A stretch of 64,000 bases of DNA from Oscillospiraceae bacterium. GTDB lineage: Bacteria; Bacillota; Clostridia; Oscillospirales; CAG-272. Positions 61,249-64,000 of this stretch are shown in pieces. The notes under the pieces are model-generated. The model had not been told where the DNA came from. It saw nothing but the letters and a program-made list of their open reading frames with translations, and ran no database searches. The position numbers and the translations under genes were made by a program. The DNA lies in assembly GCA_015065365.1 (NCBI GenBank), contig SVQL01000001.1, positions 2,355 through 66,354 on the forward strand. The letters are read 5' to 3'. How positions within the stretch are numbered: position 1 is the stretch's first letter; each line of letters begins with the position of its first letter.

Positions 61249-62508
61249 ATGAAAAGATGCTTTAGAGCGGCAGACGTTCTTCTGCCCGACATGACCAAAA
61301 CGGATGCAAAAAAATGGGCTGTCGTTGCCTGCGACCAATTCACAAGCGAGCCCGAATACTGGGAGAGCGCAGAGCGCGAGGTTGGCGACGCTCCCTCTAC
61401 GCTTCGCCTCATTCTCCCTGAGGTATATCTTAGCGAAACCGAATCTCGCATATCCAAAATAAACGCAACTATGAATGAGTACCTTGGCGGCGTTCTCGTC
61501 GAGCACAAGGACTCCATGATATACGTTGAAAGAACTCAGTCTGACGGAGACGTGCGCCGTGGCGTCGTGCTTGCGGTCGACCTTGAGGAGTACGACTACA
61601 AAAAGGGCGCAAACGCACTCATACGCGCAACAGAAGCGACTGTCGTTGAGAGAATACCTCCACGCGTTGCCATAAGACGCGGAGCGGCTATCGAGCTTCC
61701 TCACGTAATGATGCTCATTGACGACCCCGACTGTTCTGTTATCGAGCCGCTTACGGACAAGGACGGAGAGATAACTTACGACACCGAGCTTATGCTCGGC
61801 GGCGGACACATCAAGGGACGCTTCCTCTCGTGCGAGGAGAAAAAGTCGCTTGCAAAAGCACTTGACGACCTCGTTTCTCCCGAAAGCATGTCTGCGCGCT
61901 ACGGCGAGGAAAACCTCGCTCCACTGCTCTTTGCTGTCGGTGACGGCAACCACTCCCTTGCGTCCGCAAAGGCGGCGTACGAGGAGATAAAGGCAAAGAT
62001 AGGCGCGGACGCAGCAAGCACGCATCCTGCAAGATACGCGCTCGTAGAGGTCGTAAACGTACACGACGCTTCTCTCAAATTTGAGCCTATATACAGAGTT
62101 ATGTTTGGTGTTGACCCCACCGACGTGCTTGCAGAGCTTAAAAAGTACGCAAGCTCTCTCTGCGGATCTGCAAGCGCGCAGACCGTGCGCTACGTAAGCG
62201 CCGACGGTGAGGGCACGCTTACGGTAGACGCGCCCGTGCGCCAGCTTACCGTCGGAACACTTCAGGACTTTATTGACGAATACATAAAAAGTCACGAAGG
62301 CGCGGAGGTTGACTACATTCACGGAATAAATTCCACCGAAACGCTCGCTCGCCGCGAGGGAGCTATCGGATTTATATTCGACGGAATGGGCAAGTCCGAC
62401 CTCTTTAAGACGGTTATTTTCGACGGTGCGCTTCCCCGCAAGACCTTTTCAATGGGACACGCCGAGGACAAGAGATATTATCTCGAGGCAAGAAAAATAA
62501 CGCTTTGA
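61249..62508 (+). CDS. DUF1015-family protein
   Basis: The 419-aa length and VVACDQFTSEPEYW plus ...AVGDGNHSLASAKA are motifs I associate with DUF1015. Confidence 0.55.
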   Translation: MKRCFRAADVLLPDMTKTDAKKWAVVACDQFTSEPEYWESAEREVGDAPSTLRLILPEVYLSETESRISKINATMNEYLGGVLVEHKDSMIYVERTQSDGDVRRGVVLAVDLEEYDYKKGANALIRATEATVVERIPPRVAIRRGAAIELPHVMMLIDDPDCSVIEPLTDKDGEITYDTELMLGGGHIKGRFLSCEEKKSLAKALDDLVSPESMSARYGEENLAPLLFAVGDGNHSLASAKAAYEEIKAKIGADAASTHPARYALVEVVNVHDASLKFEPIYRVMFGVDPTDVLAELKKYASSLCGSASAQTVRYVSADGEGTLTVDAPVRQLTVGTLQDFIDEYIKSHEGAEVDYIHGINSTETLARREGAIGFIFDGMGKSDLFKTVIFDGALPRKTFSMGHAEDKRYYLEARKITL

Positions 62509-62535
62509 GCTTTATGAAATTGAAAGGATAACAAA

Positions 62536-63093
62536 ATGAGTGATTCATGGGAAAAGCTGCGCGCAGACTGCGAAAGCTGTACTGCCTGCGAGCTTTGTAA
62601 AACTCGAACAAATTGCGTTTTCGGCGTAGGAAACGAGAACGCCGACGTACTTTTCGTCGGTGAAGCTCCCGGCGACAACGAGGATAAGACTGGTATTCCC
62701 TTTGTGGGCAGAGCAGGCAAGCTGCTCGACCAATACCTGTTTGCCGTTGACATTCCGCGCGAAAACGTATATATTGCAAATATTCTCAAATGCCGCCCGC
62801 CTAAAAACCGCGATCCCCTACCCGCCGAGGAGGATGCCTGCATTGAATTCTTGCGCAGGCAGGTAAGGCTTATAAATCCCAAGGTCATCGTCTGCCTTGG
62901 CAGAATATCCGCCATGCGATTAATAAAGCCCGACTTCAAAATTACCAAGGAGCACGGCGTTTGGTTTAAGAAGGGCAACTTCTACGTAACCGCAGTCTAT
63001 CACCCTGCGCTTCTTTTGCGTGACCCTCACAAAAAGGAAGAAATGCTTGCCGATATGAAGGCAATCAAGGAAAAAATAGATTCCGTAATTTAA
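62536..63093 (+). CDS. Uracil-DNA glycosylase, family 4
   Basis: CTACELCKTRTNCVFGVGNENADVLFVGEAPGDNEDKTGIPFVGRAGKLL, the family-4 UDG Fe-S and active-site motifs. Confidence 0.85.
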   Translation: MSDSWEKLRADCESCTACELCKTRTNCVFGVGNENADVLFVGEAPGDNEDKTGIPFVGRAGKLLDQYLFAVDIPRENVYIANILKCRPPKNRDPLPAEEDACIEFLRRQVRLINPKVIVCLGRISAMRLIKPDFKITKEHGVWFKKGNFYVTAVYHPALLLRDPHKKEEMLADMKAIKEKIDSVI

Positions 63094-63114
63094 AAGTCGC
63101 AAGAAGGATCAAAA

Positions 63115-64000
63115 ATGGATTTTAAATCGTTTCTCATTACAATAGCAACCCTCTTTATACTGCTCATCATCGGATACGTTGCGGGCAAGAGGGGCATTAT
63201 CGACTCGGTTGCCTCTAAAAAGCTTTCGTCGCTCATAATAAATATCGGTCAGCCCGCGCTTATAATTTACTCCATAACCTCACAGCCGTATACTAAAGAA
63301 AATCTTTTGCTCGGTCTAAAAACACTCCTGCTCGGCTTTGGAGTACATCTGTTTATGGGCGCTATCGCTTACGTCGTATGCATAAAAATAAAGCACATGG
63401 ACGAGCGAAAGATACTTGAGTTTTCAATGGTGTTCGGAAACACGGGCTTTATTGGAATTCCTATTCTCGGTGCGCTTTTCAAGGAAACAGGCGCGTTTCA
63501 GGCATCGTTTATAATGATAAGCTTTAATATTCTTCTCTGGACGCTCGGCATGAGCATTCTCGGAAGACACAGAGATGACATTAAGGTGACACCCAAAAAG
63601 GCTCTTATTAACAAGGGCACGGTTCCAAGCCTCATTGGAATTGCAATATTCCTGCTCCCCGCCATACCCGCGCTTCGCGATTTTAGCCTTAATGTGACTC
63701 TGCCGTTTGCATCTGATACCCTGATGTACGTTTCGGGACTCTGCACCCCTATTTCGATGCTTATTATAGGTGCACTTCTGTCCACGGTAAGTCTGCGAAA
63801 GGTCTTCGTTTCGGGCAAGCTTTACTACCTTTGCCTTTTCAAGCTCTGTGTGATTCCACTTTTGGTTTGCGGTATTATGAAGGTCGGATCTCTGTTTTTA
63901 CCGTTCAGCACAGATTGGATTCTTTTCGCTACGGCACTTACCTGTATGCCCTCGGCAACGTCGGTTTCCATGCTAGCGGAAATTTACGACATCTCGCCTC
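63115..64000 (+). CDS. AEC-family (auxin efflux carrier-like) permease, 3' end outside the window
   Basis: Open frame from ATG 63115 to the window edge (MDFKSFLITIATLFILLIIGYVAGKRGII...FGNTGFIGIPIL). Not in the ORF track because no stop is reached. Confidence 0.65.
   Translation, partial: MDFKSFLITIATLFILLIIGYVAGKRGIIDSVASKKLSSLIINIGQPALIIYSITSQPYTKENLLLGLKTLLLGFGVHLFMGAIAYVVCIKIKHMDERKILEFSMVFGNTGFIGIPILGALFKETGAFQASFIMISFNILLWTLGMSILGRHRDDIKVTPKKALINKGTVPSLIGIAIFLLPAIPALRDFSLNVTLPFASDTLMYVSGLCTPISMLIIGALLSTVSLRKVFVSGKLYYLCLFKLCVIPLLVCGIMKVGSLFLPFSTDWILFATALTCMPSATSVSMLAEIYDISP

Noticed and set aside
60574-62322. 582-aa ORF on the minus strand
   Set aside because: It lies entirely antisense to two well-supported plus-strand genes (NUDIX 60637..61245 and DUF1015 61249..62508). 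The translation is R/C/V/F/L-rich with no motifs. This is a typical shadow ORF.
1-64000. All three EEP frame breaks as pure assembly artefacts
   Set aside because: This is not fully rejected. The T7 site (33342-33348) could be a homopolymer miscall. The other two breaks are not at homopolymers, and no other gene in the window appears broken, so I report them as possibly real and ask for read-level verification.

Overview
This 64-kb window is almost entirely minus-strand coding. Its gene content suggests a spore-forming Firmicute of the Clostridia: a yqfC-yqfD-phoH-ybeY-era-recO-mutS2 block, ylbJ, AGGAGG-type RBSs and lipobox lipoproteins. I saw no rRNA, tRNA, CRISPR array, transposase or integrase. 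All coordinates were derived by hand from the sequence; no searches or computations were run. Layout: (A) 41-14459 is an accessory locus under a divergent AraC-type regulator. It encodes secreted or lipoprotein endonuclease/exonuclease/phosphatase (EEP) enzymes, a 1455-aa lectin-repeat-EEP giant, a two-repeat protein with a Cys-containing C-terminal anchor signal, an orphan solute-binding lipoprotein and a beta-helix protein. (B) 29539-39592 is a paralogous second copy of the same module. Between them (14.5-29.5 kb) lie a ThrE exporter pair, YjbQ, YgjV and a long sugar-acid operon: SIS isomerase, TIM-like, glycerate kinase, FucI-like isomerase, FGGY kinase, unknown hydrolase, dgoD, PHP, kdgK, eda and a GH-A glycosidase. 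39.7-50.4 kb holds a DMT transporter, CapA, an M20 peptidase, a second copy of the unknown hydrolase, an SGNH esterase, a GH36 alpha-galactosidase, an SDR and prs. 50.4-51.5 kb is an AT-rich islet. 51.5-64 kb is housekeeping and sporulation genes. Main hunt results: (1) a conserved 41/42-aa ORF, absent from the ORF track, sits at the same position in both accessory loci. (2) A canonical-looking -1 recoding cassette (U7 slippery run, 7-nt spacer, 11-bp hairpin, stop) lies where the locus-B giant is split from its EEP domain. (3) A shared C-terminal GGCG + helix + basic-tail signal looks like an undescribed sorting signal. (4) A ~220-aa repeat domain is present in 10 copies. (5) Two further EEP genes are disrupted by -1 frame breaks. 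(6) Both loci share a conserved divergent-promoter scaffold with a candidate operator.
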